Shown in pieces: positions 55,830 to 64,000 of a DNA stretch of 64,000 nucleotides. This stretch comes from an uncultured Actinomycetota bacterium (lineage in GTDB: Bacteria > Actinomycetota > Acidimicrobiia > Acidimicrobiales > SZUA-35). Under the pieces are notes generated by a model. It was not told the DNA's origin. It saw only the letters and a list, made by a program, of their open reading frames with translations, and searched no databases. Position numbers and translations under genes: made by a program. Where the stretch lies: assembly GCA_963732695.1 (NCBI GenBank), contig CAVTAP010000013.1:265611-329610 (forward strand), read 5' to 3'. How positions within the stretch are numbered: position 1 is the stretch's first letter; each line of letters opens with the position of its first letter.

Positions 55830-57331
55830 ACGGCTCGCTGCGCCACGTGATGGTGGTCCTGCTGGGCTGCTTCACCCTGCTGTTCGTGCAGCTCAACCGG
55901 GTGCAGATCCTGGAGGCGGAGTCGCTGAAGGACAACCCGTCCAACACCCGCACCGTGCAGCGGGAGTTCAACCGTCCCCGGGGAGACATCGTCACCAGCG
56001 ACGGCGTGGTGGTGGCCACCTCGGTGGAGACGCCGGGCCAGCGCTTCGGTCGCCAGCGCACCTACCCCGAGGGGCCCCTGTACGCCCACACGGTGGGGTA
56101 CCTGTCGTTCAACCTGGGGGCCGACGGGGCGGAGAAGGTGTTCAACACCGAGCTGACCGGGTCCACCGCGGCCCAGCAGCTGGCCGACTTCACCAGCCTG
56201 CTCGACCCCGACCCCGACGGCGGCTCGGTCACGCTCACGCTCGACGACAAGCTGCAGAAGGTGGCCCGCGACACCCTGGGCGACCGGCCGGGCTCGGTGG
56301 TGGCCATCGACCCCCGCACCGGCGCCATCCGGGCCATGTGGAGCTACCCCTCGTTCGACCCGAACCTGCTGGCCACGAACGACGGCGGCGCCGCCAACAC
56401 GTCGTACCAGGAGCTGCTCGAGGCCGACGGCAACCCGCTGCGGGCCAAGTCCTACAAGGACCGGGAGTTCCCCGGGTCCACGTTCAAGCTGATCACGGCG
56501 GCCGCCGCCCTGGAGTCGGGGGCGGCCACGCTGGAGGAGCCGGTGTTCGAGGCCACCAGCTCCTACACCCCGCCGCTCACCAACAAACCCATCACGAACT
56601 TCAGCGGCGGGCCTTGTGGCGGCAACCTCACCACGATCCTGGCCCGGTCCTGCAACACCCCGTTCGCCAAGCTGGCGGCCGAGACGCTGGGCCCGCTGGT
56701 GATGGTCAACCAGGCCGAGGCGGCCGGGTTCAACACCGATGTCCCCTTCGATCTGCCCGGCGCCGCCGTCAGCAACTACCCGACCGACTACGGCAAGCGG
56801 ATCCAGTCGCCCACCGCAGAGCGGCCGGCCGGCCTCTACGAGAACACCCCCAAGCTGGCCCAGACCGCCATCGGCCAGAACGACGTGCAGGCCAGCCCGC
56901 TGATGATGGCCCTGGTGGCGGCGGGGGTGGCCAACGACGGGGTGATTCCCAAGCCCCACGTGCTGGCCGAGGTGCGCGATGCCACCGGCAAGGTGGTACG
57001 CACCGACAAGGGCGAGGAGTGGCGCATGTCGATGCGCACCGAGAACGCCCTGATCCTCCAGCAGGCGATGATCGAGGCGGCCGAGCGGGGCAAAACGGCC
57101 ACGGTGGACGGCCTGCGGATCGGGGTGAAGACCGGTACCGCCCAGCTCGGCACCGACCCGCCGCGGTCCCACGCCTGGATCGTGGGATTCGGGGGCCGGC
57201 CCGACGGTGAGCCCGAGTTGGTGGTGTCGGTACTGGTGGAAGGCCAGGAGGGCTCGGTCGACCAGACGGGCGGCGCAGTCGCCGGCCCGATCGCCAGAGC
57301 ACTGTTCGCCGAGTGGTTCAACCGGGGGTGA
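55826..57331 (+). CDS. pbpA: Class B penicillin-binding protein (PbpA-like transpeptidase)
   Basis: GTG 55826 overlaps the rodA stop. SxxK motif in PGSTFKLITAAAAL. KTGTA motif present. Confidence 0.9.
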   Translation: MNGSLRHVMVVLLGCFTLLFVQLNRVQILEAESLKDNPSNTRTVQREFNRPRGDIVTSDGVVVATSVETPGQRFGRQRTYPEGPLYAHTVGYLSFNLGADGAEKVFNTELTGSTAAQQLADFTSLLDPDPDGGSVTLTLDDKLQKVARDTLGDRPGSVVAIDPRTGAIRAMWSYPSFDPNLLATNDGGAANTSYQELLEADGNPLRAKSYKDREFPGSTFKLITAAAALESGAATLEEPVFEATSSYTPPLTNKPITNFSGGPCGGNLTTILARSCNTPFAKLAAETLGPLVMVNQAEAAGFNTDVPFDLPGAAVSNYPTDYGKRIQSPTAERPAGLYENTPKLAQTAIGQNDVQASPLMMALVAAGVANDGVIPKPHVLAEVRDATGKVVRTDKGEEWRMSMRTENALILQQAMIEAAERGKTATVDGLRIGVKTGTAQLGTDPPRSHAWIVGFGGRPDGEPELVVSVLVEGQEGSVDQTGGAVAGPIARALFAEWFNRG

Positions 57332-57388
57332 CCGCGTGCTGGCAGCGTGCGCCGTTTGGACCGGTGCAATGAGTAGGCTGACCCTGCT

Positions 57389-59605
57389 GTGACTGATGCC
57401 TCGACTGCGCGCCCGGTGCTCAGCGGACGCTATGAGCTTCATCGCCGGATCGCCCGCGGCGGTATGGCCGACGTCTTCCTGGCCCGTGACCAGCTGCTCG
57501 ACCGGCCTGTGGCCGTCAAGGTGCTGTTTCCCCAGTACGCGGCGGAACCCACGTTCGTGGCCCGCTTCCGCCGGGAAGCCCAGGCGGCGGCGAACCTGAA
57601 CCACCCCTCGGTGGTGGCCGTGTACGACTGGGGCTCGCACGACGACACGTACTTCATCGTGATGGAGTACGTGGAGGGTCGCAGCCTGGCCGACGTGCTG
57701 GCGGCCGAGGGCCACCTCCACCCCGACCGGGCGGCCGAGATCGCAACCGACGTGGCCGCCGCCCTCGGCTTCGCCCACCGCAACGGCACCGTCCACCGCG
57801 ACGTGAAGCCGGGCAACATCATGATCACGCCGGCCGGCCAGGTGAAGGTGACCGACTTCGGCATCGCCCGGGCCTTCGGCGGCGACGACGACGAACTCAC
57901 CCAGACCGGCTCGGTCATGGGCACGGCCAGCTACTTCTCGCCCGAGCAGGCCCAGGGCCGGGCGGTCGACCCCCGCTCCGACCTGTACTCGCTGGGTGTG
58001 GTGCTGTTCGAGATGGTCACGGGCGAGCCGCCGTTCACCGGCTCCTCACCGGTGTCGATCGCCTACAAGCACGTGCAGGAGCCGGCCCCCCGGGCCAGCG
58101 ACCGCAACCCGTCGGTGCCCCCGGCGCTCGATGCCATCATCACCCGTCTCCTGGCCAAGAACCCCGACCACCGCTACCCCACGGCGGAAGACGTCCGGGC
58201 CGACCTGCGCCGGTTCCGGGAGGGTCATCCGCTCGTCGGGGCCGCCCCCATGCACGGCGGCAACGGCGGAGGCGGGGGTGGCGTGCCCACCGCCGCCTAT
58301 CGGCCGCCCCTGCCCCCCGATCCGGGCGCCACCCGGGCCATGCCCCGGCCGGCGGCCGACACCGGCTCCAGCCGGGCCATCATCGACACCACCCGGGCCA
58401 TGCCGGCCTCGGCCGCCGTGCGCCAGCACGAGCCGGTGGAGGAGTACTACGAGCCGCCCAGCCGCACCGGGGTGTTCGTGGCCATGCTGGCCGGCCTCCT
58501 CCTCCTGCTGATCGGCCTGATCTTCCTGATCTCGCTGAAGCTCAACGGCAACTCCGATGGCACCGACACCACCCAGGGCGGCGCGGTGCTGAAGGATGTG
58601 CCCACGGTGCTGGGCGAAGATCTCACGTCGGCCACCAACAAGCTCAAGGATCTGGGGTTCGAGGTCACGTCGAAGTTCGAGCCACGCGAGGGCGAGGAGC
58701 CCAACACGGTGTTCGACCAGGACCCCAAGGGCGGCGAGCAGGCCGAGGAGGGCAGCACGATCACGCTGTCGGTGGTGCAGGCGGCCAAGACGGTTCCCGT
58801 GCCCGACGTGGCGGGCAAGACCCAGCAGGAGGCCGAGCAGCTGCTCGACCAGGCCGGGCTCACCGTCACCGTCACCCGGGAGGAGAGCGACACGGTGGCC
58901 GAGGGCCTGGTGATCCGCCAGTCGATCCAGCCCGGCCAGCAGGTCAACGAGGGGGCCGAGGTGGAGATCGTCGTTTCCGGCGGCACCTCGCAGGCCGCCA
59001 TCCCCGATCTCAAGAACCAGCCGCTGAACACGGCCACCAGCCAGCTCCAGGGGCTCGGCTTCTCGGTGATGGTGAAGCAGGAGCCCAGCGCCGACGTGCC
59101 CGCCGGCTCGGTCACCCGCACCGATCCGCCGGCCGGCAGCCAGGTGCCCAAGACCACCCCGATCACGGTCTACCAGTCGAGCGGCCCGGAGCTGAAGGCC
59201 GTGCCGTCGGTGCAGAACCTCACCCAGGCGGCGGCCGAGCAGCAACTGACCAACGCCGGCTTCCAGCCGGTGGTGGAGTTGCAGGATGTCGACGCCGGGT
59301 CGGGCCTGGTCGACAAGGTGATCGCCCAGCAGCCTCAGGCCGGCACCCAGATGCCGACGGGCAGCGAGATCATCATCACCGTGGGCAAGGCGGGCTCGAC
59401 CACCTCGTCGCAGACCACGTCGACGACCTCGGCGTCATCGTCGTCGACGAGCTCCACGCTCGACCACCAGCGGCAACTAGCTCAAGGCGGCGATCAGCTC
59501 CGAACGGTGGCCCGGGCCAGGAAGTTGGTGAGCAGGTCCCGCCCGCCCACGGTGAGGATCGACTCGGGGTGGAACTGCACACCCTCCACGTCGAGCTCCC
59601 GGTGA
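57389..59605 (+). CDS. pknB: Ser/Thr protein kinase PknB with four PASTA domains; 3' end uncertain
   Basis: [23 protein letters not shown] and SPE motifs, a TM helix, four PASTA repeats and an S/T-rich tail. The last ~40 codons overlap convergent trpG and look non-native. Confidence 0.9.
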   Translation: MTDASTARPVLSGRYELHRRIARGGMADVFLARDQLLDRPVAVKVLFPQYAAEPTFVARFRREAQAAANLNHPSVVAVYDWGSHDDTYFIVMEYVEGRSLADVLAAEGHLHPDRAAEIATDVAAALGFAHRNGTVHRDVKPGNIMITPAGQVKVTDFGIARAFGGDDDELTQTGSVMGTASYFSPEQAQGRAVDPRSDLYSLGVVLFEMVTGEPPFTGSSPVSIAYKHVQEPAPRASDRNPSVPPALDAIITRLLAKNPDHRYPTAEDVRADLRRFREGHPLVGAAPMHGGNGGGGGGVPTAAYRPPLPPDPGATRAMPRPAADTGSSRAIIDTTRAMPASAAVRQHEPVEEYYEPPSRTGVFVAMLAGLLLLLIGLIFLISLKLNGNSDGTDTTQGGAVLKDVPTVLGEDLTSATNKLKDLGFEVTSKFEPREGEEPNTVFDQDPKGGEQAEEGSTITLSVVQAAKTVPVPDVAGKTQQEAEQLLDQAGLTVTVTREESDTVAEGLVIRQSIQPGQQVNEGAEVEIVVSGGTSQAAIPDLKNQPLNTATSQLQGLGFSVMVKQEPSADVPAGSVTRTDPPAGSQVPKTTPITVYQSSGPELKAVPSVQNLTQAAAEQQLTNAGFQPVVELQDVDAGSGLVDKVIAQQPQAGTQMPTGSEIIITVGKAGSTTSSQTTSTTSASSSSTSSTLDHQRQLAQGGDQLRTVARARKLVSRSRPPTVRIDSGWNCTPSTSSSR

Positions 59606-60087
59606 CGCAGCCCCATGATCAAACCGTTTCCCCTGGTCTCGGCCGTGATCTCCAGGCAGTCGGGCAGGGTGTCACGCTCCACGATCAGCGAGTGGTAGCG
59701 GGTGGCCTCCAACGGCTGCGGGAGGCCGGCGAACACACCGGAGTCGGTGTGGTCGATCACCGAGGTCTTGCCGTGCATCAGCTCCGGGGCCCGGATCACC
59801 TGCCCCCCGTAGATCTGGCCGATGCACTGATGGCCCAGGCACACGCCGAGCACGGGCCGCCGGCCGGCGAAGTGGCTGATCACCTCGTTCGACACCCCGG
59901 CGTCGTCGGGGGTACCGGGCCCGGGCGACACCAGCACGGCGTCGGGCTCCATGGCGTCCAGCTCGGCCAGGGTCATGGCGTCGTTGCGAACCACCACCGG
60001 ATCCGCTCCCAGCTCGCCCAGGTACTGGACGAGGATGTAGACGAACGAGTCGTAGTTGTCGATCACCAGCACACGGGGGCCCTTCAC
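59494..60087 (-). CDS. trpG: Glutamine amidotransferase component II of anthranilate/aminodeoxychorismate synthase
   Basis: [27 protein letters not shown] (catalytic Cys) and GVQFHPES. The start was taken at GTG 60087. Confidence 0.85.
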   Translation of the reverse strand: MKGPRVLVIDNYDSFVYILVQYLGELGADPVVVRNDAMTLAELDAMEPDAVLVSPGPGTPDDAGVSNEVISHFAGRRPVLGVCLGHQCIGQIYGGQVIRAPELMHGKTSVIDHTDSGVFAGLPQPLEATRYHSLIVERDTLPDCLEITAETRGNGLIMGLRHRELDVEGVQFHPESILTVGGRDLLTNFLARATVRS

Positions 60088-60170
60088 GCTGATCAACCTA
60101 GCGCGAGCCGCCGATCCCTCTACCCCGATAAGTTGGGGGCGTGGTACGTCAGGACAAGACGCGGTCCAGA

Positions 60171-60434
60171 GTGACGCCGAAGGGCACGCCGCCGGCGCGA
60201 ACGCCGGCCGGAGCGGGGCCATCGGGGGTGAGCCGCACGCCGGTGAGGGTGGGCGGGGGCCGGTTCCAGGCCGTCATCCCCGTCCTGATGTTCGGCCTGA
60301 TCGGCCTGGGCCTGATCGTGATCCTGGGCAACTACATCATCCAGGACCGCCTCGGGGCCCCGTCGAACTGGTACCTGCTGGGCGGGCTCGGCCTGATCCT
60401 GGCCGGCATCGTCGCCGCCACCCAGTACGAGTAG
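60171..60434 (+). CDS. crgA: Cell division protein CrgA
   Basis: Basic N-terminus [11 protein letters not shown]...RTPVRVGGG, then two TM helices ([19 protein letters not shown]; [17 protein letters not shown]). Conserved position next to trpG/pknB. GTG 60141 is an alternative start. Confidence 0.8.
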   Translation: MTPKGTPPARTPAGAGPSGVSRTPVRVGGGRFQAVIPVLMFGLIGLGLIVILGNYIIQDRLGAPSNWYLLGGLGLILAGIVAATQYE

Positions 60435-60462
60435 GCGGACGCTCGAACCAGGGCTATTCACG

Positions 60463-60510
60463 CTATCCACAACTGTTGTCCACAGCTGTGGATTCCGTCA
60501 CACGTGACGG
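60463..60510. promoter_or_regulatory. Cluster of DnaA-box-like motifs and palindromes
   Basis: A perfect TTGTCCACA at 60476-60484, CTATCCACA at 60463-60471, and an inverted TCCACA core (tgtgga) at 60487-60492. Palindromes acaacTgttgt (60469-79), ccacagctgtgg (60480-91) and ccgtcacACgtgacgg (60495-510). Confidence 0.35.
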
Positions 60511-60513
60511 CAC

Positions 60514-60586
60514 GGAGTTTCCGCGAAGCGAAACTCCAGGTCCCGAAGGGACACGGTCCCGAAGGGACACGGTCCCGAAGGGACAC
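60514..60586 (-). repeat. Double stem-loop repeat, copy 3, with the first hairpin triplicated (3 perfect 16-bp units at 60539-60586)
   Basis: The minus strand, directly after the TGA stop (60589..60587), reads (gtgtccc-ttcg-ggacc) x3, then tggag-tttcgc-ttc-gcggaaactcc. Confidence 0.85.
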
Positions 60587-61009
60587 TCAGACGTCTTCCA
60601 TCGCCGTGACCAGATCCATCTCGTCTGAGCAGTGGCGGGGCGGGGCGGGGATGCGGTCGTTGGCCAGCGTCATGCGCAGCTCGGCCCCGCAGGTGGAGCA
60701 CCGGTACTGGAGCTTCACCCGGCGCAACTCGCCTGGCGGCGGCGGCTCGGGTAGGGGGCGGGCGAAGGCACCGAGCACGGCCAGGCCGGTGGAGAGGATC
60801 ACGTAGCCCAGCACCACGGCGATGGCCGTGCGCCACAGGGGCTGACCCTGGGCCAGCAGCACGCCGCCGATCACCAGCACGAAGGCCCGCATGGCCCACT
60901 TGCGGCGCTTGCGGATGATCAGGTCCCGCGAGCGGGCCGTCGACTCCACCGGCGTGTCGTCGTCGTCGATCCGATCGGGATTGTCGATCGTGGGCTCGAA
61001 GTCGGTCAC
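60587..61009 (-). CDS. Hypothetical membrane protein: acidic N-terminus, two TM helices, C-terminal CxxC...HC zinc-ribbon-like motif
   Basis: The natural-looking C-terminal 140 aa of ORF 60587..62074 from GTG 61009 (MTDFEPTIDNPDRIDDDD...RCSTCGAELRMTLANDRIPAPPRHCSDEMDLV). The upstream part of that ORF is antisense to the thiolase. Confidence 0.55.
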   Translation of the reverse strand: MTDFEPTIDNPDRIDDDDTPVESTARSRDLIIRKRRKWAMRAFVLVIGGVLLAQGQPLWRTAIAVVLGYVILSTGLAVLGAFARPLPEPPPPGELRRVKLQYRCSTCGAELRMTLANDRIPAPPRHCSDEMDLVTAMEDV

Positions 61010-61044
61010 CAGCGTCAAGCCTAGAGCGCAAGCGGTAACGGCGC

Positions 61045-62223
61045 TCAGCCGACCTCGAGCACGAGGGCGGTGGCCAGGCCGCCGGTGCCGCCCATGGTCA
61101 GCAGGCCCCGGCCCCCGCCCCGCCGCTCCAGCTCGGCGGTGAGCGTGGCCAGCATCCGCACGCCCGAGCACCCCAGGGGGTGGCCGAGAGCGATGGCTCC
61201 GCCGTTGGGGTTCACCCGCCCGGGATCGGCCCCGGAGTCGGCCAGCCAGGCCAGCACGGCGGCGGCGTAGCCCTCGTGCACCTCGGCCACGGCGATGTCG
61301 GCCATGGTGAGCCCGGCCCGGGCCAGCGCGGCGGCAGTGGCGGGGGCGGGGGCGGTGTGCATCACCACCGGGTCCACCGCGGCGGTGGCGAACGACAGGA
61401 AGCGGGCCCGGGCCGCCAGGCCCAGCTCGGCCGCCCGGGCCCCGCTCATGATGAGGGCGCCAGCGGCTCCGTCGCTGATCTGGGCGCTGTTGCCGGCGGT
61501 GATCATGCCCGCTTCTTTGTAGGCGGGCCGGAGGGCGGCCAGGCTCTGGGCCGTGGTGGGGCGCACGCCCCCGTCGGCCCGGACCGTCATCCCGGTGTCG
61601 ACCACCCGGTGGCCTTCCCGGTCGAGCAGGCGCCCGGGCACGGCGACGATCTCGGACTCGAACCGGCCGGCGGCGGCGGCCGCCGCCGCCCGTTCCTGGC
61701 TGGCCAGGCTGTAGGCGTCGAGCGCCTCCCGGCTGAGCCCGTAGCGCTCGGCCACCAGCTCGGCGGCGATCCCCTGGGGCTGGAGGCCTCCTGCCGCCTC
61801 GTAGCGATCGTGGATCGACGGCGGGAACGGCTGGCCCACGTCCCGCACGGCCACCGCCGCCCCCAGCGGCACCAGGCTCATCACCTCCACCCCGGCCGCC
61901 ACCACCAGCTCGGCCGCTCCGGCCATCACGCTGTGGACGGCGACGTGGATGGCCTGCTGGCCCGAGGCGCACTGGCGGTCCACCGTGGTGGCCGGCACCG
62001 AGTGGGGCCAGCCGGCGGCCAGCACGGCGTTGCGGCCCACGTCGAGCGACTGGGCCCCCACCTGGGTGACGCACCCCACCACCACGTCGTCGACCAGGGC
62101 CGGATCGAGCCCGTTGCGCTCGGCCAGGGCCCGCAGCACGAAGCCGGTGAGGTCGGCCGGGTGCCAGCCCGACAGCTGCCCGTTACGGGTCCCCAGCGGT
62201 GTGCGCACCACGTCCACGAGCAC
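61045..62223 (-). CDS. Thiolase (acetyl-CoA C-acyltransferase)
   Basis: VDRQCASGQQAI (active Cys), NPNGGAIALGHPLGCSG and GGTGGLA. Confidence 0.9.
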   Translation of the reverse strand: MLVDVVRTPLGTRNGQLSGWHPADLTGFVLRALAERNGLDPALVDDVVVGCVTQVGAQSLDVGRNAVLAAGWPHSVPATTVDRQCASGQQAIHVAVHSVMAGAAELVVAAGVEVMSLVPLGAAVAVRDVGQPFPPSIHDRYEAAGGLQPQGIAAELVAERYGLSREALDAYSLASQERAAAAAAAGRFESEIVAVPGRLLDREGHRVVDTGMTVRADGGVRPTTAQSLAALRPAYKEAGMITAGNSAQISDGAAGALIMSGARAAELGLAARARFLSFATAAVDPVVMHTAPAPATAAALARAGLTMADIAVAEVHEGYAAAVLAWLADSGADPGRVNPNGGAIALGHPLGCSGVRMLATLTAELERRGGGRGLLTMGGTGGLATALVLEVG

Positions 62224-62258
62224 CGCATCGGCCGGTGACGGGGGGAGGGGGCTGCCGG

Positions 62259-62297
62259 GTCACCTGTGACACGGTACCGGTACCCTGTGACACACAG
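62259..62297. promoter_or_regulatory. Operator-like repeats in the thiolase / acyl-CoA ligase divergent region
   Basis: cctgtgacac occurs at 62263-62272 and 62284-62293 (21-bp spacing), flanking ggtaccggtacc. Sub-palindromes gtcac-ct-gtgac and ctgtg-aca-cacag. ctgtgacac also occurs at 14833-14841. Confidence 0.35.
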
Positions 62298-62323
62298 CGG
62301 AGCGGCACCCCCGGAGGAGCGGC

Positions 62324-64000
62324 ATGACCACCAGCGCAGAGATCGACGCCGTGATCGAGGGCCAGACCGTCCCGGTGCTGTTCCTGGCCACCGTGGCCGC
62401 CCACCCTGATCAGGTGGCGCTGCGGTGGAAGGCGGCCGACGACAGCTGGCACGAGCTCACCTACGCCGCTTACGCCGATCAGGTGGCCCGGGTCGCCGCC
62501 GGGTTGGCCGCCCTGGGCCTGGGCCCGGGAGACCGGCTGCTGCTGATGCTGCGCAACCGGCCCGAGTTCCACGTGCTCGACACGGCCGCCCTGTTCCTGG
62601 GGGCCACCCCGGTGTCGATCTACAACTCGTCGTCACCCGACCAGATCGAGTACCTGGCCAACGACGCGGCGGTGAAGCTGGCCGTGGTGGAAGACCGCGG
62701 CTTCTACCAGTCGCTGTCGAAGGTCCGTCAGGGCATCCCCAGCCTGCAGGCCGTCGGCGTGGTCGACGGCACCGGCCTGGACGACTCGGCCGGGGTCGAC
62801 GCCACCTTCGCCCAGCTCCTGGCCCACGACCCGATCGACCTCCAGGCCGCGTCCACCACGGCCGAGCCGGGCGATCTCATCACGCTGATCTACACCTCGG
62901 GCACCACCGGCCCGTCCAAGGGCGTCATGCTCGATCACCGCAACGTGTGCTGGACGATCGAGTGCCTGCGCCGGGCCATGGAGATCGACGACCTCACCGG
63001 CAAGCGGATGGTCAGCTACCTGCCGATGGCCCACATCGCCGAGCGGGTCACCAGCCACTACCAGGGCCTGGCCAACGCCATCGAGGTCACCTGCTGCCCC
63101 GACGTCACCCAGTTCGCCGCCTACGCCGGCGAGGTCCACCCCCACATCATGTTCGGGGTGCCCCGGGTGTGGGAGAAGATCCACGCCGGGGTGTCGGCCG
63201 CCCTGGCCGCCGACCCCGACAAGGAGAAGGCGGTGCGGGAGGCGGTGGAGATGGCCGGCCCCATCCGGGATCGGATGACGTGGGGCACGGCCACCGCCGA
63301 AGACCTCACGAACTACGAGTTCCTCGACGCCGTCGCCTTCTCCACCATCCGGGGCCTGGTGGGGCTCGACCAACTGATCGTGGCCATCACCGGTGCCGCC
63401 CCCATCCCGGCCGAGCTGCTGTCCTGGTTCCGCACCATCGGGGTGCCGCTGTCGGAGATCTACGGCCTGTCCGAGACCTGCGGGCCCATGACCTGGGCCC
63501 CCTACCTGGTCAAGCCGGGCTCGGTCGGCCCGGCCTGCCCCGGCATCGAGGTGCGCCTCGACGACGACGGCGAGGTGCTGTGCCGGGGCGGCAACATCTT
63601 CCGGGGCTACCTGAACCAGCCGGAGAAGACGGCCGACGTGCTCGATGCCGACGGCTGGTTCCGCTCGGGCGACATCGGCGTGCTCGACGGCGACGGCTAC
63701 CTCCGCATCGTCGACCGCAAGAAGGAGCTGATCATCACGGCCGGGGGCAAGAACCTGTCGCCGGCCAACCTGGAAGCGGCACTGAAGACGATCCCGCTCG
63801 TCGGGCAGGCCTGCGCCATCGGCGACAACCGGCCGTTCGTGTCGGCCCTGGTGGTGCTCGACCCCGACGTCGCCCCGTCGTGGGCGGCCCGCAACGGGAT
63901 CCCCTACACCACGCTGGAGGCGCTCGCCGCCGATCCGGCCGTGGTGGCCGCCATCGAGGCCGAGGTCGACCGGGTGATGGGCGAGTTCAACAACGCCGAG
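62324..64000 (+). CDS. AMP-dependent long-chain acyl-CoA synthetase/ligase, 3'-truncated by window edge
   Basis: ggaggag Shine-Dalgarno before ATG 62324. My own translation gives MTTSAEIDAVIEGQTVPVLF... and the AMP-binding motif (L)IYTSGTTGPSKGVML near 62885-62930, plus GWFRSGDIG..DGYLRIVDRKKELI. The frame is open to position 64000. Confidence 0.85.
   Translation, partial: MTTSAEIDAVIEGQTVPVLFLATVAAHPDQVALRWKAADDSWHELTYAAYADQVARVAAGLAALGLGPGDRLLLMLRNRPEFHVLDTAALFLGATPVSIYNSSSPDQIEYLANDAAVKLAVVEDRGFYQSLSKVRQGIPSLQAVGVVDGTGLDDSAGVDATFAQLLAHDPIDLQAASTTAEPGDLITLIYTSGTTGPSKGVMLDHRNVCWTIECLRRAMEIDDLTGKRMVSYLPMAHIAERVTSHYQGLANAIEVTCCPDVTQFAAYAGEVHPHIMFGVPRVWEKIHAGVSAALAADPDKEKAVREAVEMAGPIRDRMTWGTATAEDLTNYEFLDAVAFSTIRGLVGLDQLIVAITGAAPIPAELLSWFRTIGVPLSEIYGLSETCGPMTWAPYLVKPGSVGPACPGIEVRLDDDGEVLCRGGNIFRGYLNQPEKTADVLDADGWFRSGDIGVLDGDGYLRIVDRKKELIITAGGKNLSPANLEAALKTIPLVGQACAIGDNRPFVSALVVLDPDVAPSWAARNGIPYTTLEALAADPAVVAAIEAEVDRVMGEFNNAE

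Noticed and set aside
60539-60586. Possible CRISPR array (regular short repeats).
   Set aside because: It is three contiguous 16-bp units with no spacers and no cas genes. It is a tandem hairpin triplication, not a CRISPR.

Overview
This is a high-GC (about 70%) actinobacterial chromosomal window with roughly 60 protein-coding genes and one tRNA-Leu(CAG). I found no rRNA, CRISPR array, transposase, integrase or phage genes.

Layout:
- 1-14.7 kb: a catabolic-looking cluster. It holds a xanthine-dehydrogenase/CO-dehydrogenase-family molybdoenzyme, an LLM oxidoreductase, an FAD oxidoreductase, an amidase, a cytosine-deaminase-like amidohydrolase, a Rieske oxygenase and a NitT/TauT-type ABC importer. 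It is interrupted at 7.4-9.2 kb by a WXG-like/alpha-beta-hydrolase gene and a small downstream ORF.
- 14.9-28.9 kb: redox and stress genes (two flavodoxin-fold quinone reductases, Hsp20), an AlbA_2-domain protein, a Hanks kinase, a thiolase/DUF35 pair and a secreted M6 metalloprotease.
- 29-38.8 kb: a second XDH-family locus with a MoaD-like gene, typA, a CMD/AhpD-like gene, an LLM oxidoreductase and a fatty-acid hydroxylase.
- 38.9-50 kb: a GAF protein, Hanks kinase, FHA protein and envelope-protein module, plus housekeeping genes.
- 51.4-60.4 kb: the conserved actinobacterial tRNA-Leu / fhaA-fhaB-pstP-rodA-pbpA-pknB / trpG / crgA division locus. Thiolase and acyl-CoA ligase genes follow.

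Most noteworthy observations:
1. A CMD/AhpD-like gene is interrupted by a single in-frame TGA at the second Cys of its CxxC motif, with a hairpin downstream. This is a selenocysteine candidate.
2. A covarying double-stem-loop repeat family sits next to stop codons. One copy carries a perfect 3 x 16-bp triplication. Several other UUC-loop GC hairpins lie directly 3' of stop codons.
3. A WXG-like N-terminal domain is fused to a GHSFG hydrolase, a possible secreted effector, and is followed by a small ORF.
4. At least 14 single-nucleotide frame disruptions fall in unrelated genes, including typA and pstP, several of them at G/C homopolymer runs. I read these as assembly indels rather than real pseudogenes, except possibly in the second XDH locus.
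5. A cluster of DnaA-box-like motifs and palindromes lies downstream of crgA.

All functional calls come from reading motifs in the supplied translations. No database search was possible.
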